Counted from the first letter of the stretch, positions 23,754 through 35,768 are shown. The stretch is DNA of 64,000 nt from Tricharina praecox (GCF_024521635.1 NW_026250425.1:558001-622000); one strand, 5' to 3'. The notes: a model not told the origin generated them from the sequence alone. Numbers and translations are program-made.

Positions 23754-25475
23754 TCAAACCAAGCCAATGCCCCTCTCCGCAGCCGCCGCCTCACAGCCCT
23801 CTCCAGCCAGGCGTCTCAGATCTCTAAAGCACCCGCGCCGCAGCCTTGACGCTAGATGTCCCTCCTCGAACCCTCGTATCCGCCAATCCAGCTCCTCCAA
23901 TCCGCACAATTCCATGCCCACATCCTCCGTATAATCCATCGCACTTCCAAATGCGTCTTCGAAGCCGACGTTGTCGAGCGCGAGACACTTCACGACCGAG
24001 CAGCTGCGCGGTGTGAAGTCCAGCAGCGGGATGTACGACAGTCTGCTCCTGAACCCCGTCACCTTGCGCACCGAGATGGCCTTCAAGAACCCGCCTAGTG
24101 TCGCGGGCGTGATCGGCACGTGCGTGACCTTCAGCGCCTCGAGCATGCTGAACTCCTTGATGGTGTGCCGGACGCGCACCCACTCGCCCACCGCCGACAG
24201 GAACGATTCTTCCGCAACGTTTCCGAGCTCGACTTCCTTGACCGAGCTGGGGAGGATCTCGAGGGCCGCAAGGATAGTTCCCGCGTCGCCCCGACCGGTC
24301 CGCTTCTTCCGTACTCCCACCAGAGCCACTTTCCGTAAGCACTTGAGGCCCGAGATGATCTTCTGTATTGTCGGCACGTCGATGTTCCACACGTTGCGGA
24401 TCTCGAGCGTCTCTAGGTGCGTCCAGTGTCTATGCATGGCCGTGAAGTCCGTTGCCGCCATGGCCGGATGGCGATCCCACATGCGGCTCCAAAACTCGCG
24501 GGGACTGCCGCCGGCGTTTCCGCCCGCCCAGCACCATCTGCGCAGCGTCTTCTTCTCGTGCAGCGCCTTCGCCAGCACGCCGTGCTGCTGCGGGTCCTGG
24601 CCGTCGAAGCAGTAGTGCTCGCCCGAGAAGAACTGGCGGATGAGCAGGTTCTCGACGCCGTCGACCTCTGCCAGGTTCGGACAGCAGCTGATCAAGTCCG
24701 GCAGGAGCGTCTTCTCCAGTGCGCACGTGAGGAACGTCTGCACTCCGCCGGCTGGAAGCACCAGTTTGCGGACCCGCGAGGCGATGTCCGGTCGCGAGGT
24801 TAGCGTGCGCACGAGCAGCGGGACGCGCTGTTCAAGCTGCAGATGCTTCGACGCTAGCTTGAGGTGCGCGGCGCAGATGTGTCGCTGATCGTCGTGGTGG
24901 ATCAGCGATAGGTTGCTGTCGATCGAGGAGGTGAAGTCGAGGTGCAGCGTGTCGTAGAGGTACGGCTGCACCATCATGTGGTAGAGGCGCGACACCTGGC
25001 TGAGCGTCGACAGCTCGAACAGGTGGCAGTAGCTGCAGTTCGTGTTCTCGGTCGATTCGAGGACATGGGTAAGGATTTCATTGTGGATCTCGGGTGGGAA
25101 GCGCGGGATGCCACGAGCAGGAGTTTTCCCCTTTGCTAGAGGTGCTGATTCGGGTGATGTTTGTAGCTGTAGTTGTAGTAGCTGTTGTTGTTGTAGTAGT
25201 AGTTGTTGCTGTTGTCCTTCCTCGTGTTCCTGAAGGGTAGGCTCGCGAGGATGGGGATGTAGTGTGAATGGATCGAGGTCGAGACCGTCAGCGGCCGGGG
25301 CCTGGCAACCTAGCAAACCGTCGGCGGCATTGCCCGCCCCGGTCCACACGGGTGGACGGTAGAATCCCGATAGCTCGAAGCCATCGAGCCCAAAGAAAGC
25401 TGGGGAATTTGGTTTGCTGTCGTACTGATCGGCTTTCGAATACGCCTTCATGTGCTCGTCGAAGTTGAGGACCAT
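23754..25475 (-). CDS. F-box-like / RNI-like LRR protein with N-terminal polyQ (573 aa)
   Basis: Long intronless ORF with coding bias. IPRFPPEIHNEILTHV...LSTLSQVSRLYHMMVQPYLY is F-box-like, LISCCPNLAEV and LETLEIRN are LRR-like, and there is a QQQQLLLQQQQ tract. Confidence 0.8.
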   Translation of the reverse strand: MVLNFDEHMKAYSKADQYDSKPNSPAFFGLDGFELSGFYRPPVWTGAGNAADGLLGCQAPAADGLDLDPFTLHPHPREPTLQEHEEGQQQQLLLQQQQLLQLQLQTSPESAPLAKGKTPARGIPRFPPEIHNEILTHVLESTENTNCSYCHLFELSTLSQVSRLYHMMVQPYLYDTLHLDFTSSIDSNLSLIHHDDQRHICAAHLKLASKHLQLEQRVPLLVRTLTSRPDIASRVRKLVLPAGGVQTFLTCALEKTLLPDLISCCPNLAEVDGVENLLIRQFFSGEHYCFDGQDPQQHGVLAKALHEKKTLRRWCWAGGNAGGSPREFWSRMWDRHPAMAATDFTAMHRHWTHLETLEIRNVWNIDVPTIQKIISGLKCLRKVALVGVRKKRTGRGDAGTILAALEILPSSVKEVELGNVAEESFLSAVGEWVRVRHTIKEFSMLEALKVTHVPITPATLGGFLKAISVRKVTGFRSRLSYIPLLDFTPRSCSVVKCLALDNVGFEDAFGSAMDYTEDVGMELCGLEELDWRIRGFEEGHLASRLRRGCFRDLRRLAGEGCEAAAAERGIGLV

Positions 25476-26491
25476 TGGGGATAGTTTTGGTGCTGTTGTT
25501 GGTTGATTGTTAGCTTCCTTCGTCCAACTGCTTCATCCGCTTCTTGAGCTTCTCCAGCTTCATGTGGTTGCTCTGTTCCCCGCCAACGCAGCCCTTCAAG
25601 GGTCCCCCACACACACGCGGTGCCGCACGGGAGAAAAGCGCACACACAACCTCCAAGCTTGATTGAAGGTTGGTGACAGACGGAGGGTAGGTAGAGAAGC
25701 TCCTACAACCTCCCAGCTTGAAGGTCTCGGGGACTGGGGAAATCTCTGTGTGCCAAGCCTCGTCGCTCGCGCATCACAAGCTATCAACCGCCGCGGAACC
25801 ACACGAGGGAGACTTACTGGATCTCCGACTATCCACACGAGCAGCAGTTGTTTGGTGGTGAGAATGGTTGAAACCCTCCATGATTGCTGAATCGAATCGT
25901 CGAGAGAAAAAAATGAGACTGTCCGATTATCTTCCGAAATCTTCCCGGAAACGCTCCCAGTCACAGAATGCTGAACACGATGCTGCCAATTTTGAGAGTT
26001 CCATAAAACTCCGGCGGGTGGTACGGTTGGAAAGCAGGACCGAAAAGAAAAGCGAGACTGCGGGTAAAGCGCCCCCCCTCAGTTCTTATAGCAGGTAGCA
26101 GACTTGGCCGCAAGGAGACGGGGGTGGGAGGAGGAGGTGGAGGTGGAGGTGGAGGTGGTTAGTGGTGGTGGTGGAGGGGGTGGTGGATCAGAGCGGCAGC
26201 CGCAGCAGAGAGGGAGGAGGGAGGGAGGGAGGGTTAACCGTTGACAAGCCGCAGCCTGGCCCTTCGCCTAGTCCTGATCGATGGGGCTTCGCTCAGGTCG
26301 TTGAATGAACGGGGCGGGCGTGGGATAGCGAAGGATGCATCGTGTCAAATTCCCTCAAATCTGCAACTGCAGGGACTTGGTCTCTTCCCCATACACGATC
26401 AAAAGCCATCATTTTCCGCGATCGCCCCAGTGGGGCGGACCGGTTGGCACTGGTGACTGACTGGGCAGTTGCAACTTGCTGGGTTGGATGG

Positions 26492-26544
26492 GTGGGTACT
26501 TTGGTACTTTGATGGGTACTTTGGTACTTTGATGGGTGCTTTGG
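26492..26544. repeat. Short tandem repeat (GGGTACTTTGGTACTTTGAT) x~2.5
   Basis: Directly visible 20-bp period. Confidence 0.7.
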
Positions 26545-27975
26545 CATGTATTTTTGATATCTTCCGCCTTGGGCGATATTCGAATGATCCCTCAACGACC
26601 CACGAGCCAACGGCGCTTCGCCGCCCGGGAAAGGCATGCGAGCGCCGAGTAGAGCATAGCAGGTAAGCATGTACATGAGTAGGTACATGCTCTAGGCAGC
26701 GTAGATCTGCTCGCCGTGCGTGGGACTTCAGCGTCCTGTGATAGCGGATGTCGACAATCCGCATCCCCTTTTCCTGCCTCTGGGGTCTCGTCTGGGCTGC
26801 GGCCAATGGGAAAAAAGTCGAGGGCGTTGACGGGAAAAAGCCTGTCGGAATGTGTCAGAAAGATGATACGGGCGAAGGATTATTGGGGGGCGTAGTAACG
26901 CAATTGGGACATCTGGCAGTGGGAACCAGAGAGCGTGCGGGCATAAACCGGAGCAACTCAGCGAAATGTCACGCCACATTTTGGCTTTTTGCTGAGGAGT
27001 CGCCAGGGATCCACCGTTCTGGCAACCGGGCCCACGACTTGGCCCGAGGCGGTCCCGTCGAATCGTTCGAGGCCCCAGCCGCAGTGGGGAGAAAAAAAGC
27101 TGACGGACAAACAGGCAAACGCGGCGAGAAGTCTGGGAGCTGATCCGTGGCGATGAATGGACACGGTGAAACGAGGGGGATGGGATTATTTTGGGATCAT
27201 GGGATTCGCCCGGAAATTTGTGAGTATACACATTACGGTAACTCGGCTTCGGATTCCACCCTGGTCCTTCGCGGCGAGCACATACTACATACATTTGCGG
27301 TACCTACATACATATCGTGTTCTCACGGTTCCTGAAGAAAAGATCGAGAGATGCTCTACAGCACTCGGCAGGCGAGCGATCGAAAGGAGGGCACGCAAGT
27401 ACCTACACCTAGTAGGCAAGTGTGCGAGTGCCCCGTCCACCGCCACGTAGAGTACCTACGGATCTAGATTCCAGACACGAGATGGATCAACTGCAGCCGT
27501 CGCAGTCAGAAATTGGATCGTGATTCGTGAAGACTCGGGGATTTGCTAGCCGAAGCCCTAAGCTGCGAACTGCATCGATACTAGCAGTTACTCCATGTAT
27601 CACATGATGCGCATGCGCTCGGCTGGCCCTGGAATCTTATCTATTCCATCTCGTTCAGTCGCCACCCGCGGCTGCCCCACGCCCCACGGGGCGTGCCGTC
27701 ATCGCGGGGCATTCTTGGGAATCCACGTAGATATACCGGCGCTTTTTCGGACTCGGCGCGGCAGCTATTCCATAAAGGCCCCGCGTTTTCCCCCACGCGT
27801 CGTCCACTTATAAACCGTCGTCGTCTCTGTCTCTGTCTCTATCATCATCACCTCCATCATCACCATCATCGCCAAACTTCTCCAAGACTCCCAAGTCCCC
27901 CATACGACAAGAAACCGGAGCCCAACCACTTGGCTACTACCCCCCCCCCCCCCCCACCACACACACACACACACA

Positions 27976-28218
27976 ATGTGCAAGAAGGCTACGTGTTCCG
28001 CCTGCTGTACGTCATTCCCACTTCCCACCGTTACTTCGAAGAAGCCAGCCGCTGAACGAAACCGCGTCTACCTAGCCGGCGTGACATGGTTCGGATGCGG
28101 CATGCACATCCCGATGGTCATGAACGGCGTCCCTGAAGACAAGTGGTGCACTTGCCCCAAGCCCGCCGACAGCCCATACCCGCCCAAGGGCTCCATGCCA
28201 GCATGTACGATCCTCTGA
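27976..28218 (+). CDS. 57-aa Cys/His-rich microprotein with C-terminal CaaX (CTIL), 2 exons
   Basis: TATAAA at 27809-27814 and ACAATG start. Removing the 69-nt intron 28007-28075 (GTACGT...GCTGAAC...TAG) gives MCKKATCSACSGVTWFGCGMHIPMVMNGVPEDKWCTCPKPADSPYPPKGSMPACTIL. Confidence 0.85.
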   Translation: MCKKATCSACCTSFPLPTVTSKKPAAERNRVYLAGVTWFGCGMHIPMVMNGVPEDKWCTCPKPADSPYPPKGSMPACTIL

Positions 28219-30133
28219 TGCTCTTTCATATCTATGTGTCTTCCGGGCTCCGCTCTCTCTCTCTCTCTCTCCGTCCATGGTACCTAGATGCGCTCTGTTG
28301 CCGCGCCCGCAGGGTCAGCGTAAAACGTCGTCGGTTGAAGATGGGACTAACGTCTTGCGATGCTTAGAAAGAAACCGCGGGTTGTGTATTGTCTTTTTGA
28401 CACGACAGGACGGGAACTTGGGGGCGTCTTGTGTGGATAAGAGCAGGAGCGAGCACGAACATCTGGTGGCGGCCGGAATTGAATCCAGATCAATGCCAGC
28501 TTGAAGACCCGTCCTTGATCACCGACCCAGTGCAAAAATCCAGATTGACATCTCCGTCCGCTCCATCCTCTCGTTGTCAACTGCCAGATATACGCTTTGT
28601 GGAGGGGTTTATCCGTAGACTTCCACCAAAGGTCCAACGCCTCTGTGCACCCCATCCTTCATCTTTGCCCGTCCACGACGTCGGGCCAGAGGCCAGATTC
28701 TAGTACGTCCCTACATCCCCACGTCCCCACGCATATTTTTGTGGCCCCAATCTGCCCAATACCGTGGATCCCTTTTGTCCCTGGTGCCACCATCCACCAT
28801 CCGCAACTGTTTGCCTCTTTTGTCGCCGCCTCGCTACCTAGGTTGCGGAGGAAAGAAGCGGGAATGGAAATGCCAGTGATGTTTTCCGCATAGCGTCGAG
28901 TCCAGTAGCAGTATCGAGATTCGAGATGTCGATTCGTAGGGCTCGGGAGTCGGAATCGCACTATCGCGCTGTCCCCTCGATCGTGTGTGTCATAGCGCCG
29001 CAGAGTGCCATCGCCACATGGACGGCCACTCTGAGTCTTGAGTCTTGAGTTTTCGTCCACCCGCTCCCGCCAACCACACGACACTACGGAATGCGGTTTC
29101 GAGTAGATAGAGTTTCCCTTTAGACACTTACCTGTTAATCTGAAAGGGTTTTGTCCATGTCATGACAGTCGTAATGATGATTTAAGTTACACTTTCCACA
29201 CAGATGTTCAGATGTCCAGGCTCGAAGCGTATTCGCTCCACTATCGATCCTTCACCGGCCGGCCGGCCTGACCACTACTATAAGTTTACTTTTGGCCCCT
29301 TGGGACTGGTACAACTCTTGAGATCCGATGAAGGAGTTCCGCTTATCACTACTATAGTGGCAGGCCGCAGGTTCCACCGGACCGGCGGACTGTGAACAGA
29401 ATTTAGAAATCTCGAGCTGTCGTCATCTCGTTTACCACCTCCCCCACCTCCACCACCCTCACCACCACCACCACCACCACCAGCAGACCAGCCGTTGTCC
29501 ACGTTCCAGAAGCGATGGCAATTAGCATGGCCCGCTGACCCTTCCTCAGGGTACGGAAATGCTCCTGTCAACTTTTGATGACGATTCGCTGGTCTATTTC
29601 CGAGTACCTACCTAATGTAGGAGGTATGTAGGACTGGATTTTGGAATCGCGAATGCGAATGCGATCCCCACCCCCACGCACCGCACACATGTGGAACTCT
29701 AATGCTGAAATTACGGCCCAGGGGATACGATCGGGGTATATGGATAGTCTTGTACGCAAATATCGTTTCTCTTCGCACCGTTAGCACCAAACGTCCCGCG
29801 CGCACATGTTCACTGGAGCCTGGAAGTGAGTTTCGATCCGGTGGCTGCTCACGCTGGAGCTCTGATCGGCGTGCGAGCGGTGCCACTGTCACTGTCGCTG
29901 TCACTGCAGCGGCAGCAGGAATATGGGACGTCGGACAGACAGACAGACAATGGGCTGTGACGATGGGACGGATCACAGGAGGCAATCGAGATGCGGATAT
30001 ATAAGCTCTGGTGATATTTTCCATGGTATCATATGTAACAACGCAATCCTCAGCTCACTGGTATATATCGGTCGCCGCCAACATTATATAAGACCTGGGG
30101 TTCCGAGGATTCCGAGGTTTACAATCCGTCTAA

Positions 30134-31951
30134 ATGAAAGAACCTCCCCGGCGCGGCTACCTCACGGCCATTTTCTTGCTTCAGATCATCGCCGTCGCCT
30201 ACGCCGCTACAGATCTGGCCGAGTGCTGTACCCGAGTCCCGGTCCCCGACGACCTCCGAGACCTCCAGTGGGACGCCTGCTACTCGACGTACAACCAATC
30301 CGAGCTCGATCCGCTGCGACGGTTTGCGCCCGCGATCCTCACCACTCGCAGCTGGTGCCAACAGAACTGCCGTGCGGGCGGGATGATTCTCGTCAGCGAG
30401 ACGAGCCAGTGGCTGACGCCGTTCGTCTCATGGGTGATACCCGCCACAGCGATGCTCTTCCTGTGCCCGATCGCCGAGTACCTCCCGCCGCCGAAGCGTC
30501 TGCCTGGATGGCGCGTGTGGCTCGACGAGCTGGTCTTCAACTGGCTCGACGCCGTGCTGGGGTACATGGAGATCCTGGGGGATCCCGCGAGCGCCTTCAA
30601 TGGCGCCCTGACCGCTATGATGAACGATGTCACGCTTGTGTCGTGTCTCAAGCGCCCAGAGAATGGGTTCAGAGAGCAGTCCCTCATTATCACCGTCCTC
30701 CTCGCGGAACAGGTCGATATCGAAACGCCAATCGTCAGAGCGACGTTCCAGATCCTCTCCGGGCTCGATAAGGCTAGGGAATACTCAAAGACCGCTTGCC
30801 GCACTATGCTCGCCGCCCGCAGGAAGTTCCATATGTCAGTCACCTTGCCCGTGGTGTTCTATATCGGTGTGGCGGCCGCTGTCTTCTACGATGCGTACGG
30901 ACATCTGGGTGACAATGATACTGCGTAAGATATCCGTTCTCTAGCAGTATTCCGGTCTCTGACTGTACCATTTGTTTATAGGCACAGCCTTGCATACGGC
31001 ATTTGGTACAACTGGATCCTCCTGCTCTCCGTCTTCAGCAACTGTTCGGCCTCCAACCTCTCCCTCGAAGCCGTCCGCAGCAGCCTCGAAGTCGTCATCC
31101 GCGGCGTCGTCGAGAACCACACCTTTGCCGAGACCGAGTCGATGGGCTGGGACCGCTCTGTCGGGCCCGCAAAGTCGCTCTACGAGTTTATCGCGGCCTC
31201 GATCCTGTCCGAGAAACTCCCTTTGCCTAGCCCGTGCCCGAACACATTCGAAGGCAGCCGGGCGATCAAATACCAAGGCACGATCGAAGTGCGCACTTTG
31301 TCACTCGCAGACCGGTACTTCAACGCGTTGAAGTGGAACAAATGGCTATTCGACCGGGGGGTTGACGTCTGCCGCCCATCACGTGGGATCCTACGGCACC
31401 AGCGGTTCTGGCCCGACCACTGGAGCCGGCCGTGCCCACGTGCACGGTACACCGTCTGCCAGGTCCTGTCGTGGACCTTCGTCCTCTTCCCGTGCCTCAC
31501 CGCAGCCTACATCTCGTACACCACGCCGACCGTCGCGCTCGGCTGTCGCTCCGCCAACCATCTCCTGTACGCCCTCCTCTCCCTCCTCGTCGCCCTGCTC
31601 CGCGTACCCAGGGCATTCATCTCCGCCACCAAGCGTCCGCTGCTCGCCCGCGCAGCCGCCGCTGCCCACACCACCCTCCTCTGGACCAACGTCCTCATCG
31701 TGCTAATCGGCGGAACGATCCTACAGCTGGTCGGCGCGTACCGCACGTGTCTCTGCGCCGGGGGAATCTTTGCGGGACCTGATACGACGTTCAATCTGGG
31801 GACTAATAGCGAGGAACATCAGGATTGGGCTAGGGCGGTCTGGTTGAATGTCGGGTATCTGGCGTATGGGTGGATCGTGGGGGTCGCCCTGGTAGCGCTC
31901 GTGGCGAGGCTGTGGATCTCGTATGAGCTGAGGGAGGCGTTGGATATTTAG
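30134..31951 (+). CDS. Multi-pass membrane protein of unknown function, 2 exons
   Basis: Intron 30925-30981 joins two ORFs as LGDNDTA|HSLAYGIWYNW. Signal-like N-terminus, Cys-rich ectodomain, many hydrophobic helices and a YTTPTVALGCRS motif. Confidence 0.85.
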
Positions 31952-32712
31952 TGCAGTGGTGGGTGATAGGTGTATCATATGTATGTAGAGTATGTTGTAG
32001 AATGGAGAATGGATCGGCGTTGAGGTGCGGTATTGGGGTTCTCGAAGATTCGATTGGATTGGATTGGAGCGGGATGTTCCAGCCCCTGGGGGCAGCGTTC
32101 ACGACAGTTGGTGTTTCACACATAGACTTTGTACAGGTACTTCTTAGGTAGATGGATTCAATGATTATTGCAACTTCCGTCGAGCCCAGATCCAGCAATG
32201 CCCTTCCCGACGGCAGCTTACCTCCCTCGTCCTCATCACCCGCCCGCTTCTCAGCGACCTAACCCACCACGCACCTCGCAGTTTTGTCCCGTCCAGTCCC
32301 GTCCCTTCGCTTTCGTCCCACCACGATGGTCTTATAGGATTCAACGACCCAATGCAATGCAATGCAAGAAGTTCGAACCAGAGGTCCAGAGCCGAGCCAG
32401 GCCAGGGCGGGAAAGCAGATCCCACATCCCAGATTGGCGAAGACAAACGATCCAGTCCGTCGGAAGTCAATGTCGTCGTCACTCGTCACAGATATACGTG
32501 CAGAGGGAGTCACGTCAGTGAGGGAGGGACCCAGACTCCGCAAGTGCGGAATGGATCCGCGGAAGCGAGCGCGGGGAGCGAGCGAGGGAGCGAAGGAGGT
32601 ATCTCCAGTCATCTTGTAATTATGTAATTACTCTATATATACAGTTCCACTTCCACCTATCGTTACAGCCCTTCGCCCTCTCCGCCCATCACCCGTCGCA
32701 CATTACACCCCA

Positions 32713-33132
32713 CTACACTTCCACCACGACCCCACCCACGGGCAGCCCCAGTGTGCCACCCACCCTGCCCTCAAACGCGCACCTAGCAATAAGCTGATTA
32801 ACAGCGGTCTCCACAACAAAGCACGCCTTCTCTCCGGTGCCAGTGACAGTGATCAGTCCTCCGGCAATAGTTTCCACCACGGGCTTAGAGGAGGTACAGT
32901 GCACGCGGGTTTCGGAGTCTAGTGCGGCGAGGGCGGCGATTAGTGAGTCCGTGGGTGTTGATGACCCCGTCGTGGCGCACTCGAATTGCTCTTCCGCGAA
33001 GGACATCGCTGTGAATACTTCGAAACGCACGATCGGGTCGATGTCGGTGGAGGTTGGGCTTGGGGTAGTCGGAGTGCGCACGGCGAGAGAGAGCGCGGGT
33101 GGGAGGAGGGTGAAGAGGGGGGGGAGACGCAT
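32713..33132 (-). CDS. Small secreted protein (139 aa, 4 Cys), effector-like
   Basis: ACCATG start; signal peptide MRLPPLFTLLPPALSLA; Thr/Pro pro-region; CATTGSSTP...C...C...LIARC..GRVGG. Confidence 0.75.
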   Translation of the reverse strand: MRLPPLFTLLPPALSLAVRTPTTPSPTSTDIDPIVRFEVFTAMSFAEEQFECATTGSSTPTDSLIAALAALDSETRVHCTSSKPVVETIAGGLITVTGTGEKACFVVETAVNQLIARCAFEGRVGGTLGLPVGGVVVEV

Positions 33133-33840
33133 GGTGGTGGTGGTGATGCTGGTGGCGCTGGTGGTGCTGGTGGGTGTGAGGTACGGTTCGATTATGTGAC
33201 GAGGGAAGGATTGCTAGATGGAGGTTAGCAGGTGAATGGATGGAATGAGGGGGATTATCGAGGCTTACTAGCTAAAGATGGTGGTGATGACGATGTGGTG
33301 ATCCTGAGATTCGGGTATTACGACTAATGAATAGGTGATGATGCGAAAGACGTCCAACCTCGCAGTACCGTAATCGACTGTATGTAGACGTAGGTGTTCA
33401 ACAAGACAAAGTATCGTTCCACCTCCTCCACCGCCGCAGCGCAGCTTATAAAGGCCTTCATCCCGCTCCTGCTCCTGCTCCTCTTCCCAGCCACTTCCAG
33501 CCCGTGCCCACTACTCACTACTCACTGCTCATTCCTCAATAATGTTTAGAGTATTTCCGGAACCACCACTCATCCCAATAATCCCATCCGCACGCTGTGG
33601 CGTCCGCTAGATGATAGGTGACGACCGATGACGGGCGCTTATCCCGCGAGCCAATCACGTCTCGCGGGTGCGCAGTGCTAGCCCATGGGCGGCTGCAGCC
33701 CTGCAAGTAGTGCGGGAGATCGGCTGTGTTGGAACTTGGAACTTGGCTTCGCCCCTGCGGTTTCGGTTTCGAATGTCCGCCACACGGAGGGGCTGCCTTG
33801 AAATAACTATCTACACAGGACGTGACGCTGGGACATGACA

Positions 33841-33890
33841 GGACTGGACACTGGACACTGGACACTGGACACTGGACGGTCTGGACGGTC
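33841..33890. repeat. Microsatellite (CTGGACA)n
   Basis: GGACACT x4 followed by degenerate copies. Confidence 0.7.
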
Positions 33891-34750
33891 GGGAATGCGT
33901 TTCGAAATTCGGGCTATTGTAGGAGACTGGGAGTCGGGTGGCGACTCGCGAGAATTTAGTCTTGCGGACGGATAGGCACCTAGGTATCGGAGTGTTTGAC
34001 TGCGTGATGAAGTTACCTGTCTGCCACCTGCTTACCAGTACTCTCCAAAGAAGAAAACCGATGGCTGGGTTGGGTGGCGTGGGCACTGGGGAGTGTTTGA
34101 CCTTGACGCTTTAGAGGTTTGGCTGCGAAGGCTGAAGCTGGACTCTTGTGCTCGCTCGCGTTCACCGCTCGGTAAGTTTTGGGATATCTTGATCGTGGGG
34201 GGTTGAGCGCTGATGATTTTTCCCCAGAGGTTTCGAGTGACATGTGTTCGATCGCGGTGGCCATTGAGGGTGACAGTGCCTCGCATTCACTCCATCTGGC
34301 GACCTCTGAGACCATGACCGGTCACTGGATGACACCTGTACCCCCATACGCATCATGTACGACGCTGCACAGTGCACAAGCTTCCCCGCATCACCACTCT
34401 CGTTTCCGCTTCTTACATTCACAGTCGCATAAACCTCCATCGCTAATGTCTCCGAATGCGCACCCAGCCTGAGGCCGAAGCACATCCGCGTGCTGCTATT
34501 TCCTGGCTTCCTATGATTCGACGAGTGATTGGTAGGACGATGTGTGGGCGGGATGATGGTATGGGCTTGTGAAGGGGGATGACAAGGCGGCGAAACTGTG
34601 ATGAGAAGAAACGAAGTGACGGTTGATTACTGATTTCCAGACGTTCAAAGTACCTAGAGGTTTTGAAGCCATAACGATATGTATTCACATCGCATTGAGC
34701 TCTGTATACAAGTCCCCCCCATTAACCCTCCCCCCCCCCCCCCCCCCCCA

Positions 34751-35071
34751 CTAACCCCCCTTCATAGGCCCCTTCCCCTTTCCACTTCCCTCCATGCCCT
34801 TCCCGTCCATCCTACAAGTCCCCGGCTCGCAATCACACCCACTCTTCCCATGCTGCCTACACGTCCCACCACTAGCACTGCCTTCAGCCTTGCCCATGCT
34901 CATCCCCTCCCCGCCTGCTCCCTGCATATCGACCGCGCGACTTCCCATCCCCGGCTTCGGTCCCGCTCCTGCCTTCTGCATGCCGGCGCCGGCGCCGCGC
35001 AGCTCCTCGCCCGTACGGACGTCCGTGACGATCGAGGTCTTGGAGTGGTGCGTGGAGTTGGAGGAATACAT
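34751..35071 (-). CDS. 106-aa Gly/Met-rich protein with C-x7-C-x-C-x4-C motif (metallothionein- or hydrophilin-like)
   Basis: TATAAA on the minus strand at 35240-35245 and a C/A-rich leader. Sequence MYSSNSTHH...CRQHGKSGCDCEPGTC...MKGG* has 9 Met and is about one quarter Gly. Confidence 0.65.
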   Translation of the reverse strand: MYSSNSTHHSKTSIVTDVRTGEELRGAGAGMQKAGAGPKPGMGSRAVDMQGAGGEGMSMGKAEGSASGGTCRQHGKSGCDCEPGTCRMDGKGMEGSGKGKGPMKGG

Positions 35072-35582
35072 GGAAGACTTGTCTCGTACGTGTGGACTGG
35101 GCTGGAAGGTTTGGTTTGGTTTGTAGTTCGTGTGTAGTCGTTGCTTTGCTTGCTTGCTTACTCGTGGCGGCAGCGGGGATGGGGGATAGGGGGATAGGGG
35201 GATAGGGGGATGGGGGGATTGGGGGATGGGGAAGGGAGGTTTATATGCGGAATGTGTGGGGAAGGTTACGTCATGGTGATCGATCGTGGGGAAGTACATA
35301 GAGGAGGTATGTGTGTATGTGTGTGTATTTTTGTTGTATTCAGTACAATGTGCCAGTATGACGGCATGTGCATGTACTCTTTATGCTCTATGTACTTAGT
35401 TAAGCCCTCGGCTGCCATCAAGGCGCCGAAGCACGGCCTTTACATTTAAATTTACATTATGTATCCATCCAATTCAGTTTAAAAAACAAACCCTCCTCCA
35501 CCGAATGAACAAGCTCATTTCTTAAAACCCCCTCCTCCTCCCATTTCAAGCTCTAGTCCCTCCGTCCGCGGAACACCCGCAA

Positions 35583-35762
35583 TCACGCGCCATAGACCCA
35601 CCAGCCGAGAACCTGAACCGCCACGAAAAGCACCACTTGCCAAAAGAACGTGCTCATATCCGTCGATACCGAGGCGACGGCGGTGCTCTGCTTGGGGTAT
35701 ACGACACAGGCTTCCATTGTTGCAACTTGCTCGTTTGGTTTCGTTGGGAGGAGGCTGGACAT
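35583..35762 (-). CDS. 59-aa micro-ORF with C-terminal transmembrane helix (tail-anchored candidate)
   Basis: Translated by hand: MSSLLPTKPNEQVATMEACVVYPKQSTAVASVSTDMSTFFWQVVLFVAVQVLGWWVYGA*. AACCATG context; TATAAA on the minus strand at 35962-35967. Confidence 0.55.
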   Translation of the reverse strand: MSSLLPTKPNEQVATMEACVVYPKQSTAVASVSTDMSTFFWQVVLFVAVQVLGWWVYGA

Positions 35763-35768
35763 GGTTAT

